A stretch of DNA of 64,000 nucleotides from Octopus sinensis (Eukaryota), in assembly GCF_006345805.1 (NCBI RefSeq), contig NC_043025.1:10292001-10356000 (forward strand), written 5' to 3'. Under the pieces are notes generated by a model. That model ran no database searches. It saw only the letters and a list, made by a program, of their open reading frames with translations, and was not told the origin of the DNA. How positions within the stretch are numbered: the stretch's first letter is position 1; each line of letters starts with the position of its first letter. Shown one piece after another: positions 38,573-52,300 of this stretch. Position numbers and translations under genes: made by a program.

Positions 38573-38785
38573 CATTCACTATCTCCTTTGAGAGCATCTT
38601 GAAATAGAACTTGATCGTGTGTGTGTGTGTAAAGATGAAATATGCAGAAGCTGCATGTATTCTTTTTCATATCTGAAGCTTTTTTAGTTGTAACATTAAA
38701 TCATTAACATTGCCACAGTTGCTATGTCTGTTTGACTATTAGAACTGACAGAGCCCCCAGTCAGCATTATTGTTGCCGCCTGAGT

Positions 38786-39086
38786 TCATCATCATCATCA
38801 TCGTTTAGCGTCCGCTTTCCATGCTAGCATGGGTTGGACGGTTCAACTGGAGTCTGGGAAGCCAGAAGGCTGCACCAGGCCCAGTCTTATCTGGCAGTGT
38901 TTCTACTGCTGGATGCCCTTCCTAACGCCAATCACTCCGTGAGTGTAGTGGGTGCTTTTTACATGCCACCGGCACAGGTGCCAGACGAGGCTGGCAAAAC
39001 AGCCATGCTCGGATGGAGCTTTTTACGTGCCACCGGCACGGAGGCGAGGCGAGGCTGGCAATGGCCACGATCGGATGGTGTTTTTA
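38786..39086 (-). mobile_element. SINE family A
   Basis: (cat)n, family core and subrepeats. Confidence 0.9.
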
Positions 39087-39419
39087 GTAATCTGAAGTGA
39101 CTTGTCTAAAGGGACATGTGCCTTCCTGATTGGGAATCGAACCCATGGCCTTATGATCAATAACATAGTAACCTAACCATAGGCTCTATTCCTTATTTCT
39201 GTGTATGTAATTTATAGATTTGAAAATTCTTAATCCTTAACATTATATATCTAAAAATTCTTAATCCTTAATATTGTGTATGTGTGAGCGTGTACGTGTG
39301 TGTGTGTGTGTGTGCATGCACCCCCACCCCTACCCACACTCATGTACATGCATATACAGATTTTCTTATGGTTGTCCATTGAATTGAATGATGATTATCT
39401 TTTTGATTTGTGTGTCCTT

Positions 39420-40850
39420 CAGTGACTGTACAACCCAGTCTTTGATACATAGTTTTGATTACAAGTCTCACTTGTAAATGTTTGATTGGAAATGCTTCTT
39501 GTTGTTAAAGGCATTTCTCTTCCATATTCTTCAGTCTCCCACCAGCGGTAGAACCACCAGAGTGGACATTAAGTCATGGTCTTCTTTGTAATGGCTGTTG
39601 TTTCTCAGCCGATCTTTGAATCACTTTGTTGGTTGTATAGCCAAGTACTAACTATGATGTAGCTGGCAGTGGAGGTTCTTACTAGGGAACTGTAAGTTGA
39701 ACATGATCCACTACATGTTCTAACCATATTCGTTGGTGCCTGTGTGATGTGGATTCTTGATTGCTGTTGGTTTGATGGTGGCTGTGTTTGTACATACAAT
39801 GTGCCAGTTATCTGAAAGGATCTTCTGGAGACACTTGATGTTAAAGGCCTCTGGATTGTGGTCCATGTCTTGTACCCAAACTGAAAACTGCAATACACAT
39901 TGTCTAGTAGATGAGAGCCTTGATCAGGAGTCTGAGATGGTTGTTTTGAATGACTTGCTGAGCCTTTGAAATGATTCAGATGACCTCAGCTAAGGGCATT
40001 ACATTATCTGTCAGGCCCTAGCTGCTGTGATGATGGTTTGTCAGTCTGCAAAAGTATGAACTACCAGAATTCAGTCTTCAGAATACTTCAAGGCAATGAT
40101 CTATTCAGGTTTGAGTTTGATGGTAACCTGCAGTGATCTAATGTTGAAAAGGTTTCCATTTAATAGTGACTCTTGTAAAGAGAAAAACAGCCAGTTTTAA
40201 ATCTCTGGGTGAGAGATATGTAGTAACAGTACTGAATAGTAAAGTTTATTTGCCAACAGAATGTGGCAGTCCTATACAAGGACGATGTTATTGTTATTTA
40301 GCCCCAGGAAGACATCTCTTCCAGCTGGCTATCGACACACAGTTAGTGTCCATATAGTGTGAGCAATGGAGGTCATTGCTCCCATCCCTAGCCTTCGTGA
40401 TACTCATAGACCTAGGTTTCTGGGTTGTTTACTGTCTCTTCCAGCATTTAGTGTAACAGTGTAGTCACACGGACAAAGGGGACAAATAGTACAGGATCCA
40501 GCACATCGCCTTATTTAACTCGTGTTTTTAAACGAGCCTTCATCCCTGCATGGAACTGCATGAGGAGATTCAGAAATTTGAGAGGGGAAGCAAATTGTCT
40601 AAAAACATCTTACACAAATTCCCTGTTTGATGGACATACAAATGCAATGGAGAGATCCTGATGTTGCTCTTTCTCTGCATCTTTCTTGACAATTATGTCA
40701 ATTGTATCTCTGTCCCTGTGGAAGCTGCACAGTATCTTTAATGTGATGTGTTCTGATATTGACTGGAGCAGTCTATATTTAGCATGACCATAGCCGGGTC
40801 CTTCTCAGCAATGGTCCTCACTTGCTGTTGACTAACCCCTCTCCCTCTTC
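39420..40850 (-). pseudogene. Degenerate RTE/BovB-like LINE (RT region and C-terminus)
   Basis: Minus-strand peptides QFASPLKFLNLLMQFHAGMKAR (about 40520-40600) and HQRIWLEHVV (about 39710-39740); many stops. Confidence 0.7.
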
Positions 40851-41921
40851 TTGAGCTGACCTATGATTAAAGGCATTCCAGTTGTGACTATTTCAGCTTA
40901 TCCAATGTGACCATGTATTCTAAATAGTTTTAATTGCAGGTTTGGGCTTTTGTTTCTAGCAGGTTGAACAGCTGCTTTAAGGATCCCCTGTTGGCTCGGC
41001 TTTCTTGTTTTTGTAAATGGTTTCCATACAGGGAATTCTATACTAAATAAAGGAAGTTGTATCTTTAAGCACTGTCCTTGTAAGGTTCTACTATATCTGC
41101 AATTTACTATGTAATTGTTGCCTTCTGTTTTTTTCTTTTAGTCTCATATGCTTAAAATAAGCAGTGTATCATGTTTACCAAAGTTTAGAGAAGAGTGATG
41201 TTATGGGAAATCCTAGTCATAACATTGCATTTCAGGAATGGAGCCAAGAAGCACTGCCTCTGTTTAGCAGAGAAATTCCACATGGTGTATTGCATATCAT
41301 AGCACTGATTGTTAACATGCCAGAGCTAATATTTACTTGGCATCATAGCCAAAGAATTTTTCACTGGTAACCATTGTTCAGCTATGATGCAGTGAGAGTA
41401 TTATAATGTTGACATCATATATATTACATGACCTGTTGCCACTATTCATAACTCTGTTTTTGGCCCACTGAGGATCACTGGTATTTAATCATCTTAGTCA
41501 TGTATTTTGAAGTAGATATCAAGTTACATAATTAATTAAGCATGCACATGCAAAGTGTGGAGTATTTTAATGTTTATGTATATAGATGCACCTCTTTATA
41601 TATGTTTTTGATCTCATAAAGCAAAAAATCACTAGTTTGACTCTCTGTATGGTTATGTGTTCACTAGAGGATGAATCTGCAATGCAACCATCCATAAAAT
41701 AAACACAAATTGTTCAGATAAAGATAGGAGAATCACATAGCGATTTAGGTGTTTCAATAGATTGGTTTTTCATTTTTATTTACTTTCAAAAAACTAATCT
41801 GTGCGAATGATTAGCTTTAGAAAGGACATTCACCTGCCAAACAACTTTTGCTGGTGAAAATATTTTCAAATCTACTCTCAGCTGATGCCAACAATTTTGT
41901 GTATGTGTGCGCATGTGTGTA

Positions 41922-42680
41922 TACGTGGTCTGATCAATAAGTATCCGGACTGTTATAATAACGAAGCTAAAGCATATAAAATGAAACCGCTTGGCACAGA
42001 TTGGCCTTGAACTCTGCTGTGCACGGGCACTGAGTTTTAACATTCTAGTTCACTTTCATTGTTTACTGCAGTGCTTGGAAGGAAGGTGTGTAGTGTGTGA
42101 TCGTTGCATTGACCACGACAGAGTTGAGTAGAGAATATGCATGAAATTTTACCAAAAGCTTGGCAATACCTGCTCAGAGACCTACGCAAAGTTTTTAAAG
42201 TTTTCATCATTCTTGACACAAGGAGATCTTGTGCAAGTGAAACCTGAGTGTCTTTTTGGTCTTCTGTGATAATGGACTGAACTGAACTGTAACTAATCTG
42301 CACATCTTCTTATAATTCATGGATAGTGTGTTGATGATTTCCCCTCACATCTGCACGTCCATCTGCAATGTTTTTCTCAGTTCTGCTGGTTGCACTTCTC
42401 CCAGAACGTTTGTCCATATTGTCCCTTTTTTGACCATCTTCGAAACGTCTGAACCACTCGTACACTTTTCTGCAGCTCATACAATCCTGTTCATGCACTT
42501 TCTGCAACTCTGCGTAGGTTTCTGAGCAGGTATTGCCATGGCAACTTTCTCTGTCATGGCGAATGCGATGGTCATATACTACACACCTTCCTTCCAAGTA
42601 CTGCTGTAAACAGCAGAAGTGAGCTAGAATGTTAAAATTTAGTGCGCATGCACAGCAGAGTTCAAGGTGTGAGTCAACCA
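41922..42680. mobile_element. Mariner transposase remnant made of two inverted 5' segments
   Basis: TA plus TIR cgtggtctgatcaataagtatccggact. The + strand reads RICMKFYQKLGNTCSETY and the - strand reads SETYAELQKV..CMSCRKVYEWFRRFEDG..RSGRS, the mariner HTH region. Confidence 0.85.
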
Positions 42681-43454
42681 ATGCCTTGTGAGTGAAATTG
42701 GCAGGTAGAAATTGAGGAACTCAGTCGTGTTTGCAGGTATATGTATGTGTGCACAAATTTGGGTGGAGTGCCTCATATTTCCCCCTGACTTGTAAACAAA
42801 AGACCCATTCAGTGTTGTCTGTTTCCAGTTCACCTCAACTCTGTCTGGTCTGTTCATTGACAAACTGGGGGAAATATTTCCTTGTTTGGAAACAGGTGAG
42901 GGTTAGCATCAGAGAGAGCATTTGGTCACAGAAAGCTCTGCTTCAACATAGTCTTCTTATTTGACTGATGCAACCATGGAAAAGTATACACTAAAAACAA
43001 TGATGATGATAAAGATGAATCACTTTGTAAGACTATACTTTGATATTTTTCCTCCCATTTGGTATAACGAATTTGCCAAGATAGTACAGATTTGTTCAGA
43101 AAATATAAATAGTTATTTGTAAATTCTAGCATGTACTAAATTGGTTTGATGCATTTCCCTGTCAGTGAGATAACAAGCTTAGCTATAAAATATGTTATCC
43201 AAATACAATATATTCCATTAGTTTGGCATGTTTTAAGTAGGTATTTCATCATCATCGTTTAACGTCGTCCGCTTTTCATGCTAGCATGGGTTGGTATTTA
43301 TTAGAGAAAAATTTTTTTTCAACTTGATTTGCATTTTCTGAATTATTTTTTTTTGTAACCTTATCTAGTCCTCCAAGGCAATATTGGTATATTATCTTAG
43401 AGATGAGTTGTCTATTTTATTTCCAACCATTTAACCATTAACATTATCATTGGG

Positions 43455-43456
<2 letters not shown>

Positions 43457-43512
<56 letters not shown>
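43457..43512. repeat. (TA)n microsatellite (one of many in the window)
   Basis: Read directly from the sequence. Confidence 0.97.
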
Positions 43513-43516
<4 letters not shown>

Positions 43517-46500
43517 TAGATAGATAGGGAGATGTACTTGTACAGTAAGTGGCTTGATCTGAAATTGTGTGCTGAAACAAAAACAATTGCAGTTTGGAAG
43601 CTTCTTGTAATCCATTTAAGAACTCACAATAAACTGTAGTTTCACATCATTTAAATTTAATGTGTGTTGAAATATTTTCATTGCTTTGAAACTGCGACCT
43701 GCTCTCTGACTAAACTTCATGCTGCATCGTATATATATATATATATATAAATATATATACTATCCTGTCAATACCTCAAATGTAAAATTCTCCCCTGAAG
43801 ATGGAAGCAGTGTTATCCAATAATGGAACCAAATAACTACCATTATTCTGGACCACTAAACCTCAAGAAACAGCTGTCAAACTTGTAAAACTCAACCCAC
43901 TTAAGTTAGACTAATTTATGTGCATACATATGAGCATTTTTTGTATTAAATGTATTTAATTTAATTTAATATTCTATGTAAATTGAATTGCCTAACTTGC
44001 TTGTCCTTACATTTACTCCTCTACCTGCTCAAGTTCAAATCTGTTGAGCACTACGAAGTGTATTCTGTATAGAGAACACCTGTCTAATCTATAAGCTATA
44101 TATACATATGTACAGTGTACTGATCTGTGATTGGTGGGATCATCAGAAAAGAAGTACTCTATCTAAGAACAGCTAAATATTTAATAGACACAGGATTTCA
44201 GTGTGAGCAATTATAAGTTTCATGCTTTATTAGTTTGGTAGTCATGTATTATCCTGCAGTCTTTGAGGCTCAAAATGAAACTTGTTTTATTTTGAGGCTG
44301 AAAATTTGCAAGATAGAATATGAAACTTTAAGTATCTCATATTTAAATGGTATATCACCATGACTCTACACGGTCTCTGAGATGACGAAGAAGAGGGTAT
44401 CCTCAAACCAAATACCCTGTGTGGATGCTTGCAAAAAAATAGACTGCCAAAAGATATCAAATTTTCCTGGTGGTCCATTACTTGTGTAATCCATGGTGGG
44501 ATTGCTGAACTTCTATATAGGGCACCGGCCTTAGTACTGTGGTTGGTTTAACTTGGCTACAATTTTCTCTGAAATTTGAGGACTTGTAATTTTGTCAGGG
44601 GCACACCAAAAGGGAGCATGCTGAGATTCCCCAGCTTGCGTTGTATATGATAACTGGGGTCATATTGATGCTTCTGTCTTGGATGGTTGAGGAAGGAGCA
44701 AGCAAAATGCAACTACATATTTTTCATAAACATAGGGAAATCCCCCCCGCCATTAATTCTACATTACCCAATAACTGAATGATTGTTTGTTTTTTTTTCA
44801 TTGAAAATCTTTGTCTTAGTCATTTTAGGATCTGATGGAATACAAGTAAGACTATTTCACTGATAAAAGTTTAATAAGATTAAAATGTGTCTGGAATTGA
44901 CACCTGACTTGCCAAAGGTGAGATGTAATCCTCACTGCATACTCAGCGGTTTTGGAGTTTTCTCTTCCCTCATTTTTCTTGACAATGATTATCTTAAAAG
45001 TTAATGATTTTGCTCTTTGTTAGCAGTATGGTTTTAACCTAATTTTTCTCACTATATCGTTAGCCTCCACTGCCAAGGCATCCCTGGATAATTTTCCCCA
45101 AGTCAGAAGGCATGATAACCAAACTGGCGATAGGTTATGTAAACACTGACCAAGTTACGTGAGTGGTGTAGGAGTGAAATCTTGTGTGTATTTTCCCTGC
45201 ACTCTCACTGATGTATAAGCATTTGTTAGAGAAGATACACTATCTATGCGTATTCTTTTGAAGAGAGTTGCTTACTCTTTTGGTTTGAAAATTGGAGGGC
45301 AATATGTATGAACTATTAACAAGTGTCTTTTACTGCAGCTGCAGGTTGATCATTCATTGCCTTGTGAGTGAATTTAGGAGATGGAAAATTTACAAAACCC
45401 ATTATCATCATTTAATCCATGTTCCTGCTGGCCTAAATCAAACTGATTGACAGGACCCAAGGAGTCCAAGGACCACTTTGTGCCCTAGTGCTTGTTTTGG
45501 CATGGTTTCTATGGCTGGATGATCCTCCTAACATCAACAACCATACAACTGTACTGGGTTCTTTTTTTTTTTTTTTTGTGGCACCAGCATTAGTGAGGTC
45601 ACCTTGCAGCTTGCAAAACCCAAAGAGCCAGTTTTATACAAGATAAGGGGTTAAAATATGAAAGAATGAGCTAGAGGAGAACAGGTTTCTTGCTATAGAC
45701 AAGTTACAATAACTACTCTCATTTTAGAATTGTTAGTAGGAAGATCAGCTGGAGCTCTATATGTATATATATATATGTTTGTGTGTATGTATATTATCCT
45801 CGTTTAATGTCCATCTTGTATGCATGCATGGATAGGATGGCTGACAGGAGCTGGCCAGGTAGAAAAGCTACTGTGCATTTTGGCAGAAATTTTATGGTTG
45901 GATGCCCTTCCTAACAACAACCACTCCACAGAGTGGACTCTGTGCTTTTTACGTGGTACTAGCATGGGGGAAGGTTAGTTTTGGCATGGTTTCTACAGCT
46001 GGATGTCCTTCCAAACACCAACCACTCAGCAAAGTGGGTAGCTGGGTGCTTTTTACACGGCACCAGCACAGGCAAGGTCAGTTTTGGCATGATTTTTTTA
46101 CAGCTGTATGAATGTTAGGAAAATCCACTGAGCTGCATGTGGTGAGATTTGTTGTCATTTCCCTGTCAAGAAATCATTTGCTAGGTCTGCATTTTCGAAG
46201 ATGCTAAGAATAAGAGCTTCTTTACTCGAAAAACAGAGAAGAGTTAGCAACAAGAAGGCTGTCTGGCTGTAAAACATACAAATCCATGCTAACCTGGAAA
46301 AATGGATTTAAAAACAAATGAACTCTTTGCTACTATGAGCAAATGGGTCAAATTTGATCTACTTGATATAGCAGCCATAAGTCTCTTTCATATTACACTT
46401 TACTGCCTTAAAACCTGGATAGGCACATTAGATAATGGGAGTTCTAGAAATACCAGATAATGACGATAATGGTCTTAGGACGAAGTAATATTCAGAAACA

Positions 46501-46652
46501 AAAGAAGAGTAATCTGGACACGAATTCGTTTTTCCACTTAAAACTCGATTTTATTTTTATGTATGTATGTGTGTACATTTGTATTTCTGTGTGTGTATGC
46601 ATGCGTCATTCTGTATGTATGCATACACCTGTGTTTTCTCATTGATATGTTA

Positions 46653-46907
46653 TGCAATTTTGTTTTTCTGGTAAAAAAAATTTTCATCTAAGTTTGTGTA
46701 TGTATGTATGTATGAATGAATGTATGTGAGTGTGAGAGAATACATATATATATAATATATATTTATACATACATGTGTGCGTGTATATATATATATATAT
46801 ATATTATATATGTATATAATACATAAGCATCACCTGTGCAATTTTGTTTTTCTGGTAAAAAAATTTCATCTAAGTTTGTGTATGTATGTATGTGAGTGTG
46901 AGAGAAT

Positions 46908-46948
<41 letters not shown>

Positions 46949-47020
46949 CATACATATATGCGTGTATATATATATATATATTATATGATATATGTATATA
47001 ATACATAAGCATCACCTGTG
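46653..47020 (+). repeat. Tandem duplication, 2 x about 184 bp, microsatellite-rich
   Basis: tgcaattttgtttttctggtaaaaaa recurs at 46653 and 46837. Confidence 0.85.
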
Positions 47021-47533
47021 TTACAGAATCACTGCATTCCTCAGTCTAGTCTTGTGATGTGGAATTCCAAATTGCAAAATGTATTTTCCCATTGACCTCC
47101 ATATTAAATGTTACACAACATGGAAGCCAGTGGAGAAATACTTTTGGCATATTGGGATTCCTCGTTATGGCAGTATTTTGAGGAATGCAACACTCGCATG
47201 ATGCTGGAAGTGCCTGTATATAATACAGATATCTCTAAACTCATGCATAGAGATAATGTGCATAGTGTTGATTGTACTTTGAATTTCTTGACATTGCATC
47301 CACATCTATAGGTACACATGCATACCACACTTTCATTTCAGGTGTTTTGTTTGTTTTTTTTACTTGGTAAGTATTGGGATTATTTTTAATGTTCATCGTT
47401 AAAATTGCTTGACCATCTTGATTAATGATGATGATGATGATAATCCTATGAGTAACTAGGGGATGTCCTTCTATAATAAAACTAATCAATTGACCTCCTG
47501 GTCAGTTTGTTTTCCAAAATGATTTTTCTTTAG

Positions 47534-47663
47534 TGTTACTGGGACTGGCTGACATTGACACCCGCTAGCTTATTAAAACTGGACCAAACGTTAATTATAC
47601 TGAGAATGAGTTTTCTCATCAAAAATGTCTTGTAAAATGATTTCAAATTTCTGTTCGTTGCAG
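47534..47663 (+). other. RBM39: Candidate 130-nt poison exon with a GC donor
   Basis: Acceptor tttttctttag| and donor CAG|GCAAGT. In-frame TGA at 47550-47552. Confidence 0.3.
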
Positions 47664-48276
47664 GCAAGTTCTTTCAAAAATTACATAACCTTCCCCTTTT
47701 TTTAACATCGTTTTTTTTTGTCTCACAGGCTGTCTCTTAGGAATTGTAAATCTTTTGTAATTTGGAAAGCTTATACTTTAAATACATAAAACTACCCGTT
47801 ATCTATGTTTAAAGATGTTCTCTTGTAGATGACATAGTGGTATCTACCTTAATGGGAACTGTCTTGCTTGAAAATACCTGAAAAATTTACAAAAGGAAAG
47901 AAAAAATAAAAAATAACCTCCAAATAAATAAGACTTGGTTTTGTTTCCTTTCAGTGAGTCCTTTATTCTTTCGATAGGTTCATTAGCAGCTAACTGTGAA
48001 AAACTACATACCATTTGTTGTCGTTAACGTCACCCTCAACTTCATTTGTGTCTCACATCGTTTTTTTCCTGGCTTGATTTTTACAGGGGTCATGTAATTG
48101 GATGGTTATCATGTCATTTATAATAATATTATCTTTGTAGGGATGCCCAGGGTCCAAGCTGGAGGCTTTACAGAACACAAAAAAAAAAAAAAAAAAAAGA
48201 CGAAAGAAAAAAAAAAGAATCTTTCTCGACATTTTGGGGTTCCTTCTAACGATTCTGTTATATATTGGACTTATAG

Positions 48277-48357
48277 GTGTCGATTTTGGTCTGATATTGG
48301 AGAGAGATGTGAAAGTTTTCTCATGCTAGCTGAGATCTAAGAACAAAGAGAGATCAG
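48277..48357 (+). other. RBM39: Candidate 81-nt poison exon with in-frame TAA at 48338-48340
   Basis: CTAAC branch point at 48246-48250, acceptor ttatag| and donor CAG|GTATGT. Purine-rich 3' end and downstream G-runs. Confidence 0.5.
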
Positions 48358-49803
48358 GTATGTGAGTTGGTGGGAACAGGGGTCAGCCTGCTGCAGTGGC
48401 AAGGGTGGGCAACGGGATTGGAAGCGGGGTACCCTTACTCTGGTATTTTCAAGTGTTTTTTTTTTTCTTTTTTTTTTTTCCCCCCCCCGTTTCTTAAAAT
48501 ATATATGTATATGATAAAATGAAAAATATATAAAATAGAAAGCCTTTTAGGTACTGAGACAGTTTTTTATCTTTAAACAATTTTTTTTTTTGTTTTTGTT
48601 TTTAAACACATATTGTCATGTTTCCTGAATGTTCTACTGGACCCACTTGCCTCTTACCTGTTGTATTTGTATCCTGAATAATGTATATATATAAAGAAAT
48701 CGAAGTTCTGGGGAGTGGTGGGAATTACTATTGATTTCAAATTTTGGCACAAGGCCAGCAATTTTTGGGGGAAGGGATAAGTCAATTACATTAACCTTGA
48801 GTAATTAACTGTTACTTATTTCCCTGACCCTGAAAGGATGAAAGACAAAGCCAACTTTGGATCTTGAACTCAGAATATAAAGCTGGACAAAATGCCACAA
48901 AGCATCTAGTCCGGCGTGGTACTGATTTACCTTAATGAATTTATTAACATTTTTTTAAAAATAGCTTACAGCAAGAGATCCTGACTCACACATTATTGAA
49001 ATTTATTTCTGGTTATTTTAATTCTGTTATCGGTGTTTAAAAACCCTTGATTTTTTTCCCTAAATATTTCTCTAAATTAAAATGTGAGTCAAGTCTCCAA
49101 TTAAGACCTAACTTTTGGTTAATGGCATTTTAATTCATTCATGTGTTTGGGTTGGGCAAGGCCTGAGTTAGTGTTAATTTCTCTTCCCATAGCTCTGCAC
49201 ATTGTAAAGAAATCAAATAATTATAATTATTACCACTTTAATCCATATAAAGTAACATAGAAGCATTAAAAAAAATGGGGGGAGAAAAAATCAGATTTCT
49301 GCAATTTCAGTCATTTCTGCTTTGTCTCTGACTATATAAAAATATAATTCTCACTTTAGTTGTTTTAGTTTTTGAGTTTAGATTCAGTTCTGTCAGTGAA
49401 GCAATAAGTTAAGTCACTCCATACTAAAAGTATCCATAGCTCAACATTGTGAGATATTAAATTACATGGTTTTATTAAACACCGTCTCCTAAATTTTGAT
49501 TGTATTCAATACTGATTGAAATCTGTGGACATCCTCTTCTTTAGGGTATGTGGGTACACATGAGTTAATGTAGGAGCTAGACATAAACAGATGGTTGTCG
49601 GTTGTCTTGTAACGGACCCTTAATTGTTCTCTTCATATATGGTGTGTTTTGGGAATGTTTTAGACCTGGTGGTGCCAATTCCTCTCCAAGTCTGACTGAA
49701 TACAGTGGATGATTACTTAGAGAGAGTGTGTGTGTGATTGACCCTCTGTATAGGACTTGCACTTTATTGACCCTGAGAGAATGGTAGGTAAAGCTGACCT
49801 CAA

Positions 49804-50035
49804 AAAGATGGCGAGCTGGCAGAAACGTTAGCACGCCAGGTGAAATGCTTAGCGGTATTTCGTGTGCCGTTACATTCTGAGTTCAAATTCCGCCGAGGTC
49901 GACTTTGCCTTTCATCCTTTCGGGGTCGATAAATTAAGTACCAGTTACGCACTGGGGTCGATGTAATCGACTTAATACCTATGTCTGTCCTTGTTTGTCC
50001 CCTCTGTGTTTAGCCCCTTGTGGGTAATAAAGAAA
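49804..50035 (+). mobile_element. tRNA-derived SINE family C with a 19-bp TSD
   Basis: ggcgagctggcagaaacgttagc...gagttcaaattcc...aaagaaa, flanked by taggtaaagctgacctcaa at 49785-49803 and 50036-50054. Confidence 0.93.
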
Positions 50036-52075
50036 TAGGTAAAGCTGACCTCAATGGTATTTGAACTGAGAGCACAGGGCTTGCATGAATACTGTAAGTC
50101 AAATCTATCCAATACTCTCATAACTTGGTCAATTTATCGGTTTGTTGTTTAGCCACAAGCTCAGCTCTTGAACTTTTATTTGATAAGCCTTAGATCTATA
50201 ACCATCACATTTTATAGACGGTGTATCTAGGAATACACATCCAATATGGTTTATTTTTTTTTTAGGTGGTTGTGTTTGATTTGAGGGAAATTTTACTATT
50301 TCTGTAGCAGAATTATATAAAGGCTCTCTTACTAGTTTTTAAATATTTTCCTTGGTATATAGTTTCATATATTGTACGATTTTTTTCCCTCTGTATTTCT
50401 GTCATGTTTATTTGCCAGAAACTCACTGTTTATTAGTTTAGGACTTTCTTAAACTTTTCATTGTTGTTAGTGCTGATCATTGTCTCTTTACTGAGTATTC
50501 TGAAGATTCTGGTTTATCATATTTGCCCTCTGTCAGCATGACCAGCATAGAATTGGTTAGAACTTGGTTATTGCAATTGGACCAGGCCTCTCCGTACAAT
50601 TTATAAACCATAGTTTCTGTTGAAAGCCTTCAAATGCCTCTTTGCCCTCTTTCTTGTTTAGGTTTTCCCTTGTAGATATTCATTCAGGATAGGCACTAGT
50701 TGCATCAGTCTCGCTATTTTAGCTTTAAAAACAAAACAAACCCTCTCACAGTCCTAAGGTAGAATCTGTTAGGCAAACTGAGGTAAATACAGTTACATGC
50801 CTTACAAGACTTTGTTGTTGGATTCTGGTCCCTTGCTTTATGATCAGTAATCAGTATTATCATTATCACTGTATCATCCTGCGTGCCTATGTAAACATGT
50901 GTCTAGGAGCAAGCATGAGATTTTGAAAACCATGACCCATGGGTTCTTACTCTTTAGACTTTTCCATTTCATCTCTGGCTCTGCAAAAAGTCATATGTTA
51001 GTCTTCCCTTTCGTATTTGGTTTTTCTGTGTGTAATTTTGAAGTGGCTCTGTCTGAAATCATAAATTTTGTTTGTTTTTCATATGTCAAGTTGGACAGCT
51101 GTGAGGTACATGTAGTTGCTGGTTGATTTTAAGAAAAATCAAAACAGAACCTGTATTAAATTTAATCTTTATTAAAATAGCTTATAATTGAATCTTATAT
51201 TGTGGTGAGGTACCCAGTCATATGTGATACTTGTTACAAATATGTTAAACTCCACTTGAAGTAGATATAGTATCAACTGGCTTTTGCATCAGCACTTAAA
51301 ATGCTAAAATTGTTTCTCATGCTTTTGAAACTTCCTGATGTATGGACTGACCTCTGTATACATTTCCAAGTACAACATCTGCAATGGGATGACACATTGC
51401 TGTAGTAATCTGTAGTTGATATCTTTGCTGGGTTCTGACCCTTGTTTTCATCTAAGGTACTTTATTCTACCGATCTCTACTCATTGAACAGGTTGTTGTG
51501 TTTGGGAAGAGATGAAGAAACATCACTGCTTCCCAAACTGCATACAGAAAAAACACACATACACACACACACTGTCTCATTCACACCTTGTGTCTATCAA
51601 ATTTCACTCCAAAGGCATTGGTCTGTCTGAGGCTATAAAAGAAAATATTAGCCTAAGCTGCCACATGATAGGGTTGAACCTGAAACCTGTTATATGATCT
51701 GAAGTGGTAGAACTATAAATTGTATTAAGTATTTTACAGGCCTTTGTTCTGTTAACCTAACCCTTAGGCAGACTTACTATAACAAAGGTATCCTGAGGAG
51801 TTATAAAGGCAGTCCACCAGATGGACTTCTATAGTTTTCATCTACTCAATTGAACTCAGAAGCACTGATGAACCTTAGGCTTTAGTGGAGGATATTTGTT
51901 AAAGATGCTGCGTGATGTGCTCAGGACGTGTTTTATACTTCAGTCTACTGGATCAGAGCTGACCTATTGTTTAACCAGATACTGGGGTTAACTGTTATGC
52001 ATAGGGAAATTAGTGATGGCTTGTATTGGCAAATAGTACTATATGAACTATTTTATTCTATTGTCTTTTATATAC

Positions 52076-52300
52076 CTATTTCTTTATTACCCACAAGGGG
52101 CTAAACATAGAGGGGGCAAACAAGGACAGACATAGGGCGATTATATCGACCCCAGTGCGTAACTGGTACTTAATTTATCGACCCTGAAAGGATGAAAGGC
52201 AAAGTCGACCTCGGCGGAATTTGAACTCACAACGTAACGGCAGCCGAAATACAGCTAAGCATTTCGCCCGACCCACTAACGATTCTGCCAGCTCGCCGCC
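52076..52300 (-). mobile_element. SINE family C
   Basis: Reverse complement of the 49804 copy. Confidence 0.9.

Noticed and set aside
48098-48340. 80-aa ORF with a poly-lysine run
   Set aside because: The run is a poly(A) tract; only the 3' part is of interest, as the candidate poison exon.
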